NCBI GenBank assembly: GCA_963850905.1
Contig: CAWKMU010000004.1
Coordinates: 1-64,000 of the forward strand
Source: an uncultured Gemmatimonadales bacterium
GTDB lineage: Bacteria > Gemmatimonadota > Gemmatimonadetes > Gemmatimonadales > Gemmatimonadaceae
DNA: 64,000 bases
Direction: 5' to 3'
Shown: in pieces, positions 40,290 to 49,384 of the stretch
Numbering within the stretch: position 1 is the stretch's first letter
Layout of the letters: every line of letters starts with the position of its first letter
Made by a program: the position numbers and the translations under genes
The notes under the pieces: model-generated
Databases searched by the model: none
The model's input: only the letters and a program-made list of their open reading frames with translations
What the model was told of the DNA's origin: nothing

Positions 40290-40756
40290 ACCCGGTCGCG
40301 TTCAGCATCGCGAAGCGAGCCGCGTCGTCTGTCTCCATTTGCTACTACGAGAAGGAAGGACTGGGCGGCGTGCCGCCCGCCTGGCTGGAGTGCACCGAGC
40401 CCCTTTGCCCATTCGGTGACACGGGGACAGCGGACGCAAAGGGTCGCTCGGGCCAAGTGGCTCTGGCGCTCCCTTCCAGGGTATCGAGACCAGCCGAGCG
40501 CAATCCTTTAGCTAGTACGCCCTTCCACGCAAGCGGAGCAGAAGTTAGCGTGGCGACCCCGGCCAGATCGACGAACGAGACAAATCTCCCGTCCGGAGTG
40601 GTAGGGCTTCTGGCGTCGATGGCTCGAGCTGAAGTCGCGCCACATTGATGCGGGTGCGGGGCGCTTCGCCGACATCCTGGCGACGGAGATAGTCGTGGGG
40701 CGACGGGCAGTGAGTAGAGATCTGGCTCACTAGGAGGCCGCCTGAGCTCGACAGCG

Positions 40757-41266
40757 TTGGCTCCTTTCACGCTAGCCCAGCTACCAGGCGTTTGGCTCGA
40801 GCGCGCTGATCTACTCGAGCGACACGGTGCCGCACCGCACGCCACTGCGTTGCGCGTCGCGGTCGCTGAGCTCGAGCAAGCGCTGACGAACCGCGCTGGG
40901 TCCATTGGCCGGACTGAGCAGCCGACGCACTCGTCGACGGTACCACCGGAAATCACATGGCGCGAGCGTTTGTGGCTCGTACCCGATGAGACACGTCTGG
41001 GCGTGCGTGAGGTCGCGGAGGCGATGGGTCGATCAACGCACTATGTCCATTGCCACACCGCGGCGGGTGGGGATGGCTTCCGTCTTCCACACCGAAAGGT
41101 CGACGGGCGCCTCGTATTCACGGCGGGCAGCGTACGCAACTGGATCCAGCAATCGGAGTGTGTTATCTCCTCTGGCGTTCCCCTGCCCCTTCGGCTGAGC
41201 GGCACGCCGGTCCGTCGCACGCGGATGCACTCTGCTCGTGGGGGTTCCATTACCACCGGAGCCTAG
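40757..41266 (+). CDS. Excisionase-like HTH protein
   Basis: LGVREVAEAMGRS...LPHRKVDGRLVF...VRNWI; directly upstream of the integrase. Confidence 0.7.
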   Translation: MAPFTLAQLPGVWLERADLLERHGAAPHATALRVAVAELEQALTNRAGSIGRTEQPTHSSTVPPEITWRERLWLVPDETRLGVREVAEAMGRSTHYVHCHTAAGGDGFRLPHRKVDGRLVFTAGSVRNWIQQSECVISSGVPLPLRLSGTPVRRTRMHSARGGSITTGA

Positions 41267-41279
41267 AAGGAGATCCCCA

Positions 41280-42506
41280 ATGCGAAGGAAGCGACGACTC
41301 ACTGGACTCGAGCGCCGTGGAGATGGCTATCGGGTCCGCATTCGGATTGGTGGCAAACGCGAGAGTGTCACTGCCGCCACGACCGACCGGCGCACCGCCA
41401 TTGCTTTGATCGAGCAACGCATTGCGGAGCTCGAGCGAGACGCGGAGTGGGAGCGAGTCAGCGCTGCGCTGGGTCAGGTCACGAAGCGTCGCATGCGTGA
41501 GCTCTTCCAGTGGTTCGAGGAGACGCACGTCCCGGCGCTAGCACCGGGAGCTCAGGCGTCATATCGCGACAGCCTGCGCCCGCTCCGCGCCTACTTCGTC
41601 GACACGATCGACAATCCGCTCGCCGATTCGATCGAGGGACGCCACGTAGACGACTATCTGGCGTGGCGGCGCGTGCATTGGCTCGGCGCAGAGCGAAAGC
41701 TTAAGAACACGCCGAAGGCAACGGGCGACACTGCACAGCCAGCTGAGAAGCCCGCGCCGCGTCCGGTCAGCAACCGGACGCTGGCGAAGGATCGGGCCGT
41801 TCTGCATCGCGTCTTCAGGTTGGCCAAGAAGCGTCGGGAGGTTACGCACAACCCAGTCACCGACACCGAGAAGCCGAAAGCGGATCCCCGCAATCCGGTC
41901 ATTTTGAGCGATGACCAGTTCGAGGCGCTGCTCAAGGCGATTGGTGATCGCCCGATGCTCAAGCTGTACGCGCTCATGCTGAACGAAACCGGCATGCGCT
42001 GCGAGTCCGAAGTCCTGTGGCTCCACTGGGGCGACGTCTCGTTCGACGGCGGAAGCATCACCGTCGTGAGTGGTCGCGGTGGGCATTGGACGAAGAGCGG
42101 CAAAGGTCGCGTGGTACCAATGACGCCGCGGCTCGTGGCGGCGCTCCGCGAGCACTTCGCACGGTTCCGCTTCAACGTCGCCGACTCACCGTGGATCTTC
42201 TTTCACCAGTTCACCGGCCGGCGCTTCAGCACCGGCGCTCGGATCGCATCACTCCGCGAAGGGTTCCACGCCGCAGCGCGACGGGCGAAGTTACCGCTCG
42301 AGTTTCGGCAACACGATCTTAGGCACCGCCGAGTGACGACGTGGCTCGCCGCGGAGAAGTCGCCGGTCAAGGTGATGAAGGCGCTGGGGCACTCCGATCT
42401 CAAGGTGACGATGGGGTACTACAGCTTTGTGTCGGACGACCTCAAGTCACTCGTCGAGTCGTGTCCGACGCCTCAGCACCTGCGCGAGACAGCGAGCAGC
42501 GCGTGA
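41280..42506 (+). CDS. Tyrosine recombinase/integrase
   Basis: ETGMR, TKSGK, HDLRH, LGHS, TMGY (catalytic R-K-H-R-H-Y set present); N-terminal arm-binding-like domain; AAGGAG RBS. Confidence 0.95.
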   Translation: MRRKRRLTGLERRGDGYRVRIRIGGKRESVTAATTDRRTAIALIEQRIAELERDAEWERVSAALGQVTKRRMRELFQWFEETHVPALAPGAQASYRDSLRPLRAYFVDTIDNPLADSIEGRHVDDYLAWRRVHWLGAERKLKNTPKATGDTAQPAEKPAPRPVSNRTLAKDRAVLHRVFRLAKKRREVTHNPVTDTEKPKADPRNPVILSDDQFEALLKAIGDRPMLKLYALMLNETGMRCESEVLWLHWGDVSFDGGSITVVSGRGGHWTKSGKGRVVPMTPRLVAALREHFARFRFNVADSPWIFFHQFTGRRFSTGARIASLREGFHAAARRAKLPLEFRQHDLRHRRVTTWLAAEKSPVKVMKALGHSDLKVTMGYYSFVSDDLKSLVESCPTPQHLRETASSA

Positions 42507-42516
42507 TTCGATCCGA

Positions 42517-42539
42517 ATGGGACCACGGATGGGACCACG
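42517..42539 (+). repeat. Tandem ATGGGACCACG direct repeat (candidate integrase arm-type sites)
   Basis: Two perfect 11-mers separated by 1 bp, between the integrase stop and the tRNA. Confidence 0.65.
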
Positions 42540-42593
42540 CCACCCCACACGGCGTCCCCCGAACGATGTATCTTGTACTGCAGCAACACCTTG

Positions 42594-42678
42594 GGAGGGC
42601 TGGCAGAATGGCTAATGCACCGGTCTTGAAAACCGGCGGGCCGGAAGGCCCTTGCAGGTTCGAATCCTGCGCCCTCCG
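42594..42678 (+). tRNA. tRNA-Ser(TGA)
   Basis: Acceptor GGAGGGC/GCCCTCC; anticodon arm CCGGT-CTTGAAA-ACCGG; long variable arm; T arm GCAGG-TTCGAAT-CCTGC. CCA is not encoded. Confidence 0.97.
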
Positions 42679-42711
42679 TTGAACCTGCGCCATTCCGACT
42701 GACGAGGAGAG

Positions 42712-44180
42712 CCCAGAGTCAATCGGTCGTCGCAACGGTTTGTGTGTGTGAGAGTAACAGCTCGTTCAGCGCTTCGGCAGGCGTTCTCCAGCCGAGCGTC
42801 TTGCGCGGTCGCGTGTTCAGCGTGAGCGCGACCGCAGCCACATCAGGGGCGTTGTGCGCGCTCAGATCCGTGCCCTTTGGGAAGTACTGCCGCAATAGTC
42901 CGTTCGTATTCTCGTTCGTCCCCCGCTGCCAGGGACTCTGCGGATCGCAGAAGTAGACCGCGAGCCCCGTATCAACGCGTAGTTGTGCGTGCTGTGCCAT
43001 CTCTGCCCCTTGATCCCACGTCAGCGACCGCCGCAGTTGGGCGGGTAGTGTCTGGATCGCGCGCGTGATCGCATCACGCACCGCCGGAGCACCGTGCCCG
43101 GCGAGCGCGGGCCCGTTCTTTGTGTCGGTCGTGCGCGCGCCAGCCGCGTGGCCCCGCATGCGCGGGAGGTGGAGCAGTAGCGTGAAGCGTGTAGTGCGCT
43201 CGACCAACGTGCCGATGGCGGAGCTGTCGAGGCCTAGGATCAGATCGCCCTCCCAGTGCCCCGGCACCGCGCGGTCGTCCGCCTCGGCTGGTCGAGCGCT
43301 GATCAGCAGGTCGGACGTGACAAAGCCTCTGCCCGCGGCCCGTGTGCGGGCACGCGGCACGCGCAACGCCCGGCCCGTGCGTAAGCAGGCGGTCAGCTCG
43401 CGACGGAGCGCGCCGCGGCCCTGGACGTAGAGTGCCTGGTAGATCGCTTCGTGGCTGATGCGCATGGTGGGATCCTCCGGGAAGTCGACGGGGAGCCGAT
43501 GCGCGATCTGCGCCGGACTCCACGCGCGACCCCATTGCCGGTGCTGCCGACGCCCGTGCCTGCGGCCCCTCCACGGCACCGCCGGCCCGCGCGCCGCCGC
43601 GCCGTCCGGCGCCGTGATCACACCCGCGAGGCGGTCCTGCACATACTGCCGGAGCCGCGCGTCTGTCGCCAGCTTCGCCGGCTTCGGGCGGCGGCCCGCC
43701 CGGTCGGCGTGCCACTGCGCCGTGGTCGCACGGTAGTCGAGCGCGCCACCACGGGTCGCCGCATTCCGGCGCAGCTCGCGCGAGATGCTCGAGGGCGCGC
43801 GCCCAAGCTGGCGGGCAATCTCGCGGACGCCGTAGTGGTGGGCGTGGAGGAGCGCCAGCTGCTCGCGCTCGGCGAAGGATAGATAGCGCCCCGACAGCGG
43901 CGACGCGGATGGGGCGAGATGTGACGGCGGCATGCCTCCAGCTTGTCGGAACCAGCGTGCCCCGACCACCCACGAGACTCGCGCATCGGCAACCGCGGTC
44001 TCGGAGTAGCAGCCGCGGGCGATAGCGCCCCAGAACCGCTGCCGGTCCTCACGCCGCCCGACCGGCGGGCGGCCCAGTGAATGCAGCTTGCCACGTCCAG
44101 ACCGATCCGAGCGCCGTCGCCTCGGTGCTGTCATCGCAACCTCCTCGGTGAGAGTGTTGCGACGACCAATTGAATCCACC
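42712..44180 (-). mobile_element. IS30-family insertion sequence, copy 3 (1469 bp)
   Basis: 3-bp TSD GAG (42709..42711 and 44181..44183). Confidence 0.95.
42719..44134 (-). CDS. IS30-family DDE transposase
   Basis: As copy 2, with one visible substitution (HRQWG vs HRRWG). Confidence 0.95.
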   Translation of the reverse strand: MTAPRRRRSDRSGRGKLHSLGRPPVGRREDRQRFWGAIARGCYSETAVADARVSWVVGARWFRQAGGMPPSHLAPSASPLSGRYLSFAEREQLALLHAHHYGVREIARQLGRAPSSISRELRRNAATRGGALDYRATTAQWHADRAGRRPKPAKLATDARLRQYVQDRLAGVITAPDGAAARGPAVPWRGRRHGRRQHRQWGRAWSPAQIAHRLPVDFPEDPTMRISHEAIYQALYVQGRGALRRELTACLRTGRALRVPRARTRAAGRGFVTSDLLISARPAEADDRAVPGHWEGDLILGLDSSAIGTLVERTTRFTLLLHLPRMRGHAAGARTTDTKNGPALAGHGAPAVRDAITRAIQTLPAQLRRSLTWDQGAEMAQHAQLRVDTGLAVYFCDPQSPWQRGTNENTNGLLRQYFPKGTDLSAHNAPDVAAVALTLNTRPRKTLGWRTPAEALNELLLSHTQTVATTD

Positions 44181-44304
44181 GAGGACACAAATAGCACCTT
44201 CGGTGCAGTAGCGTCACCCCGGCGCGCCTGCGTATGTCGTGAACGGGGCGGGCCCGCGCGTGGAGACGCCCGCCTGCCTGTTCGCCAGGCAATCGAGGTG
44301 GAGC

Positions 44305-44619
44305 ATGCACAAGCAACACGGTCTTCGCGGTGCGTTTGTCGCGTTGGCGGCAGTGGCGGCGCTTGCTTGGCCCGCCCTGTCACAAGCCCAGGTGTATGTC
44401 AGGGTGGGACCGCCTCCGCCGCCGCATCAGGTCGTCGTCGTGCGTCCCGGGCCCGCCTACGTCTGGACGCCCGGGTACCAGTCGTGGAGCGGAGGGCGGT
44501 ACGTCTGGGTGCCTGGGCGCTGGCGGATGCCGCCTGCCGGCTACCGCGTGTGGGTCGCCGGCCGCTGGGTCGCGAGCCCGCGGGGCTGGTACTGGGTCAG
44601 CGGCCACTGGGCGAGGTAG
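44305..44619 (+). CDS. YXWGXW (WXXGXW) repeat protein
   Basis: Signal peptide; YVWTPGY, YVWVPGRW, VWVAGRW, YWVSGHW. Confidence 0.85.
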   Translation: MHKQHGLRGAFVALAAVAALAWPALSQAQVYVRVGPPPPPHQVVVVRPGPAYVWTPGYQSWSGGRYVWVPGRWRMPPAGYRVWVAGRWVASPRGWYWVSGHWAR

Positions 44620-44738
44620 CGGCGACGCCAGGACTTGCCGCCGTTGGTCGTTGAAGCCGTCGGCGAGAGCGCTCCTCTTACCACATCTAGAGACATTGAG
44701 GGCGGCCCGTGAGGCCGCCCTGGGGTCCGCCGCCTTCG

Positions 44739-46313
44739 CTAGCTGACCGCGGCCGCCGGCTGCTGGGCCTGCATCTGCTGCGTCGTGTGCAGGTAGGCGT
44801 TGTGATCGTGAGACAACGCCCCCGAGGGCAGATACTGCCAGAAGGCACCCAGGTCCCGCTGGATCCGGCTCTTGTAAAAGTCAGGCAGGACCGTCGACGT
44901 GCCTTCGAAGTAGCCGCGGACCGACCGATCACGCTCGAGCAGCGATCGGACCTGCGCGAAATACTTCGTACGGCCAAATCCCTCGGTCGAGACCGCACGC
45001 ACGACATTCATCCAACGGGGAATCGCGCCGCGGTTGGCCTGGAAGCGCCGAGCGATTGCGCGCGTCGAGAAGGTATACCGGGTGAGGTCGACCACACGCT
45101 CGTAGAACCGTCCCCACTCGTAGTTCTTCGGCCGCACATTCATCGCCCCGTGGTTGTTCAGGAAATGATGGGGGAATGGGAGGACCCGGCCCGCCCGCTG
45201 GAGATCGAGGTTGAGCGGTGCGGCGCGGCCAAAGGCCGACAGCAACGAGTAGCCGGGGAAGGTGCCGGGCGTGAGATCGATGAATCGCTTCGTGAGCTCG
45301 AATGGCTCGTCGCCCTCGTCGGTATCCAGCCCGAGCACAAAGTTCGCCTGTACGTAGCCGATATGGCGCATGATCGTGTTGATGTGATCCGAGACCTGGC
45401 GGACCTTGTCCATCCCGACGTTGCGGCCAGTTTTTGCCTTGTTGCCGAGCGAGTACCAGGATTCGATGCCCGGCAGGATCGCGCGGAAGCCGTTCTTGGC
45501 CAGGCGGGGAAGGCGATCCTCGCCAAGGAGAGAGAGACTGCTTTCCGCGATGAACTCCATGCGGCCCGGAGGTACGACATCCTCGATGGCCGTGAGCGTC
45601 TCGTCGAATCGCACGCCGAAGTTGGGGTCGTGCCAGGCCACACGCGGCTTCCGCACCGTCTTGAGAAGGAACGTCAAGTCCTCGCGGAGTTGGTCGGTCG
45701 CCATCGCGTGGTAGTCCACGGTCGAGTCGATGCAGAAGCTGCAGGTGTACGGACACCCCAAACTCGCCAACATCGGCACGATTTTGATCGTCGGCGCCTT
45801 CGACAGCGTCTCATCGATGAACTTCCAGCGCTCTCGGACCCCGGGCAGATAGGTCGGCTGCTTGCGAGCACCGACCATGACACCCGTATGGCCCTGCGGA
45901 GCGCAGTCCCGCAGCACGTCGTTGACGGTGTTCTGATCGGTGAACCCAAACACGTAGTCGAAGTACTGCGCGGAGTCCTCGGGATAGCACCGCGCGTGCG
46001 GACCGCCGAGCGCCGTGACCGTTCCGCGACTGCGGTACATGGCGCTGATCGCGTACGCGAGCTGCGCGGCTTCGCTGAAGGCTCCGATAAAAAGCAGGTC
46101 CGTGTCGCCGGGCAACACGGCGGCCAGATCCTCGAAGCCCGTGTAACAGACATATCGAACGTCATGACCGGCCGCTTCACACCAGACAGCGATCACCTGC
46201 GGCATGATGCTGGCAAGATTTGCGTTCATGATCCGCGGATAGAGCCCGGTCGTCGGGCCCTTACTGACGAGATCGAGAATGCCGATGCGCAAGCGCTTAC
46301 CCTGTCGCTGCAC
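44739..46313 (-). CDS. B12-binding-domain radical SAM protein
   Basis: TALGGPHA and SLGCPYTCSFC; GTG start with GAGGAG RBS. Confidence 0.9.
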   Translation of the reverse strand: MQRQGKRLRIGILDLVSKGPTTGLYPRIMNANLASIMPQVIAVWCEAAGHDVRYVCYTGFEDLAAVLPGDTDLLFIGAFSEAAQLAYAISAMYRSRGTVTALGGPHARCYPEDSAQYFDYVFGFTDQNTVNDVLRDCAPQGHTGVMVGARKQPTYLPGVRERWKFIDETLSKAPTIKIVPMLASLGCPYTCSFCIDSTVDYHAMATDQLREDLTFLLKTVRKPRVAWHDPNFGVRFDETLTAIEDVVPPGRMEFIAESSLSLLGEDRLPRLAKNGFRAILPGIESWYSLGNKAKTGRNVGMDKVRQVSDHINTIMRHIGYVQANFVLGLDTDEGDEPFELTKRFIDLTPGTFPGYSLLSAFGRAAPLNLDLQRAGRVLPFPHHFLNNHGAMNVRPKNYEWGRFYERVVDLTRYTFSTRAIARRFQANRGAIPRWMNVVRAVSTEGFGRTKYFAQVRSLLERDRSVRGYFEGTSTVLPDFYKSRIQRDLGAFWQYLPSGALSHDHNAYLHTTQQMQAQQPAAAVS

Positions 46314-46419
46314 TGTGTGCGAGCTCCTCACCAGAGGGGACTGCTTTCCATCCGCATCTCGAATATACCGCCGGGGACCGCAGGCGCGACTCTCACCGGG
46401 CCTGCGGCCCTCGGGCGTG

Positions 46420-47082
46420 CTACTCCGCCGCGACGGAGGCTGTGGGCCGGTCACCCGGATGGACGCTCTCTGACACTCGCGGCGCCGGCCGACTGGCCAC
46501 ACTACGCCAGATCATCCATCCGAGTGTCACCAACATGCCGAGCCAACCCGTGACGCGCACGAGGTGGGCAATCTGGGTGTCGTGATTGAGGCACCCGAGT
46601 TTGCCAAACAGATAGTTCCAGTCGTGAATCACGTCGTCGGAGTCTCCGACGCTGAGGAGCGGGAGCGCCATAGCCCGGGCGTCCGCCATGTAGCGCGCAG
46701 TAGGCAGGCACTGCTCGAAGAAGAAGAACAGGCAAAAGGCCGTTCCCTGAACCTGCCGCTGCAGGGCGAAGTACGCCGCTAACATGACCGGCACCCCGAG
46801 TTGCAGCAGAGTGCCGCCGGCGACCATGAGGAACTGCCCGAAGTACGAGAACAAGAGGTGCCCGCCCTCGTGGATCGGGACAAATGCGAGGTCCATCGTA
46901 AGGAGCAGGCCGGAGCCCCGCGCCGCCTGCAGCAAGAACAGCCCGTAGCCCACGCAGGCGCCGATCAGCACGATGCGCGGAACCGCCTGCCAGGGCTGCT
47001 CGAGGCCCTCGAGAGCGGGGAAACGCTGCGTCCAGGCGCGAGGTATTTGCACGTCAGTCGAGGGACGGCCGCCGCCTGGCAC
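46420..47082 (-). CDS. Membrane protein with HExxH (peptidase M50B-like)
   Basis: PIHEGGH, YMADA, HDWNYL. Confidence 0.7.
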   Translation of the reverse strand: MPGGGRPSTDVQIPRAWTQRFPALEGLEQPWQAVPRIVLIGACVGYGLFLLQAARGSGLLLTMDLAFVPIHEGGHLLFSYFGQFLMVAGGTLLQLGVPVMLAAYFALQRQVQGTAFCLFFFFEQCLPTARYMADARAMALPLLSVGDSDDVIHDWNYLFGKLGCLNHDTQIAHLVRVTGWLGMLVTLGWMIWRSVASRPAPRVSESVHPGDRPTASVAAE

Positions 47083-47142
47083 CGCAACATTGAGCCGGCT
47101 AGGTTGACCGCGAGCCGACCTCGCGATCGATGCGGCGACGGC

Positions 47143-48558
47143 CTACAACTTCACGAGCAGCGCGAAATTGAATCGCGTCTCCGCCCGCACGAGATCGGGG
47201 GTGAATCCCGGTACGATCGAGCCCGGCGTGCCCTGATTACCGCCGACGGGAGTGACGCCGCCCCGTCCAACGAAATAGGGCTCGGCCGCCTCCCGATGGT
47301 TTGCCTCGGCCCGAAACATCACGTAGTCATTCGGCGCCCAGTCGAACGTGATGGACGAATCCCATGCCTGAAACTGCTGGCCCGGACTCGTCGTGAAGTA
47401 CGGAGTGCCAGAAATCGCTGTCGCACCGTTGATCGGGGGAAGCAGCACCAGGTACCGGCCTGGGTTGTTGATCGCTCCGCCTCCTACGGTCAATCCGTAG
47501 TGGTTGTGCACGAACCAGGCACGATTGTACACCATGAAGCCCAGGAAGAACTGGTCCGGGTTCGTCGCCGGATTCCCGTTGAAGCACGCGACGCCGTTGC
47601 CGCTCTCACAACCGGCGTCGACTGTGACCGAGAACGCAGAACGGCTAAAGAAGTTCAGCGGCTCATCATAGTACTTCATCAAGAAGCTGTCGTCCGTGTG
47701 AATTCGCATTCGGTCCGGTTCGCCGAGGTCGTCGTAGCCATAATAGTTGTTGCTGATGATCGTGAACCGCTCGGCTGGCCGCCACGTCAACGAAAGGCCC
47801 CATCCGGGCTGATGATTGAACATGCCGTACGATTGCCATCCGTTGATCAACCAGACCTCGAGCTTGAGCTTGTCGCTGGGAAACGTCTGCAGTCGAGCGC
47901 CGTTGAAAAACCACGGCGTATTGGCCGAGACATACGATGGCTGGTACGCCCAGTTGTCGGCATTGTAGTAGCTGAATAGCCCGATGTAGGACAAGAAAAT
48001 GCCGACATCGAGGTTGATGCCATTCCACGTGTTCCAGTGGTAGCCGCCGTACGCCTCGGACACATACCGATAGGCGTCTTGCAGGTTCCATTGACCTCGC
48101 CCCGGGCTCGCGTCGTTACGCGGCGTGAGCTCTGAGTACATCCCGAACTGGGTCATCAGTCGGCCCCGCACGTTGTCGTAGCGAAAGTCGCCGCCAATAC
48201 CGAGTTGCTGGACCTGGAACTCGTTAGTCCGCCCCATCTCGGCCGATCCGTCGAGGGTGTGGTCGGTCGGCTGATTGACGTCCGATATGAAGTTCATATC
48301 CGCCCGGAATTCTGGCGTGAAGTATTTCGTCGAGAGCGGGGAGGTGTGGGTCCGGCCATAGCCGTTCACCCACGTAAAGTCACCCCATGCGAAGGGCGTG
48401 GCTTTCGAGTTCCGCTCCGCTGATGTCGTGTCAGGCTGGGCTGCCGCGGCTTTCGAGGTGTCTGCCTTGGTTGTGTCCGCAGACGGTTTCTGCGCCAGAA
48501 GTGGTGACACCGCGGCCAGTGCGAGACCGGCAGCAGCGAGACGAACAATGACGTGCAT
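47143..48558 (-). CDS. Outer membrane beta-barrel porin (kdp-associated)
   Basis: Signal peptide; PFAWGDFTWVNG; aromatic/Asn-rich beta strands; follows kdpC. Confidence 0.8.
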   Translation of the reverse strand: MHVIVRLAAAGLALAAVSPLLAQKPSADTTKADTSKAAAAQPDTTSAERNSKATPFAWGDFTWVNGYGRTHTSPLSTKYFTPEFRADMNFISDVNQPTDHTLDGSAEMGRTNEFQVQQLGIGGDFRYDNVRGRLMTQFGMYSELTPRNDASPGRGQWNLQDAYRYVSEAYGGYHWNTWNGINLDVGIFLSYIGLFSYYNADNWAYQPSYVSANTPWFFNGARLQTFPSDKLKLEVWLINGWQSYGMFNHQPGWGLSLTWRPAERFTIISNNYYGYDDLGEPDRMRIHTDDSFLMKYYDEPLNFFSRSAFSVTVDAGCESGNGVACFNGNPATNPDQFFLGFMVYNRAWFVHNHYGLTVGGGAINNPGRYLVLLPPINGATAISGTPYFTTSPGQQFQAWDSSITFDWAPNDYVMFRAEANHREAAEPYFVGRGGVTPVGGNQGTPGSIVPGFTPDLVRAETRFNFALLVKL

Positions 48559-48668
48559 GGACTGATCTCCAATTGAAAGGACTGGATCGGGAATCAGCGG
48601 GTGCTTGCGTACATGACGCGCACAATCAGGGTCGCACCGGCAGGACGCTGGTGAGAGACGGAGCGAGG

Positions 48669-49373
48669 TCAGTGCGAAAGTGCCGTGTGCGAGAGGGTTC
48701 CCCCTGGGGCGACGTGCCTGTCCGTCATGGGACTCGCCTGGGAGTCTCCGGGCGATGCAGCCTGCGATAGCGCGTGCGGCGCGCCCGCTGGAGGCCGCGG
48801 ATACACGGAGTCGAGCGCCAGATTCAGAAGCAGCACATTCACGCGCGGCTCCCCGAAGATGCTGAATTGGCGACCCATCGTGTGCGCGGCAACCAGTGCC
48901 CGGATGGCCTCTACACTCGCGCTGCGCTCGCGTGCGACCCGCTCGACCTGCAGCGCCGCGTTGGCGGGTGAGATGTCCGGATCGAGACCGGACGCCGATG
49001 AGGTCACCATGTCCGAGGGGATTTGGCCTTTCACGGCACCCTCGGTCTTGATCGCGCTGTCGATCGCCGGACCAATCATGCTGTCAACGAGCTTGCGGCT
49101 GGTTGGACCGAGATTCGTGCCACCCGAGGAGTCCCCCACGTAGCCCGAGCCCGCCGCCGAAGGCCGCGGGTGGAAGTAGTATGGCGCACTGAACGCCTGG
49201 CCAATCAGCGAGCTGCCAACCGGTTGTCCACCGCGTTCCACGAGCGAGCCGTTCGCCTGATGTGGAAACAACAGCTGCGCGATGCCGGTGACGACGCCGG
49301 GGTAGATGAAGCCGGTCATGACCATCAGCGACAACGTCAGCACGATGGCCGGCCGGATTTGCTTGCGGAGCAT
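48669..49373 (-). CDS. kdpC: K+-transporting ATPase subunit C
   Basis: FPHQANGSL, YFHPRPS, VTSSASGLDPDIS, GEPRVNVLLLNLALD. Confidence 0.95.
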   Translation of the reverse strand: MLRKQIRPAIVLTLSLMVMTGFIYPGVVTGIAQLLFPHQANGSLVERGGQPVGSSLIGQAFSAPYYFHPRPSAAGSGYVGDSSGGTNLGPTSRKLVDSMIGPAIDSAIKTEGAVKGQIPSDMVTSSASGLDPDISPANAALQVERVARERSASVEAIRALVAAHTMGRQFSIFGEPRVNVLLLNLALDSVYPRPPAGAPHALSQAASPGDSQASPMTDRHVAPGGTLSHTALSH

Positions 49374-49384
49374 CGGGATCCGCA

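Noticed and set aside
40286..40648. 120-aa ORF inside the element operon
   Set aside because: It overlaps the upstream stop but has no recognisable domain, so it cannot be supported beyond position.
44134..44383. 554-aa extended IS30 transposase in copy 3
   Set aside because: The extension runs outside the IS boundary (44180) into flanking DNA. It is an open-frame artefact.
44709..46553. 614-aa plus-strand ORF (likewise 23538..25010, 46801..47979, 49601..50821, 51478..52968)
   Set aside because: These are antisense shadows of well-supported genes in GC-rich DNA, with no recognisable motifs.
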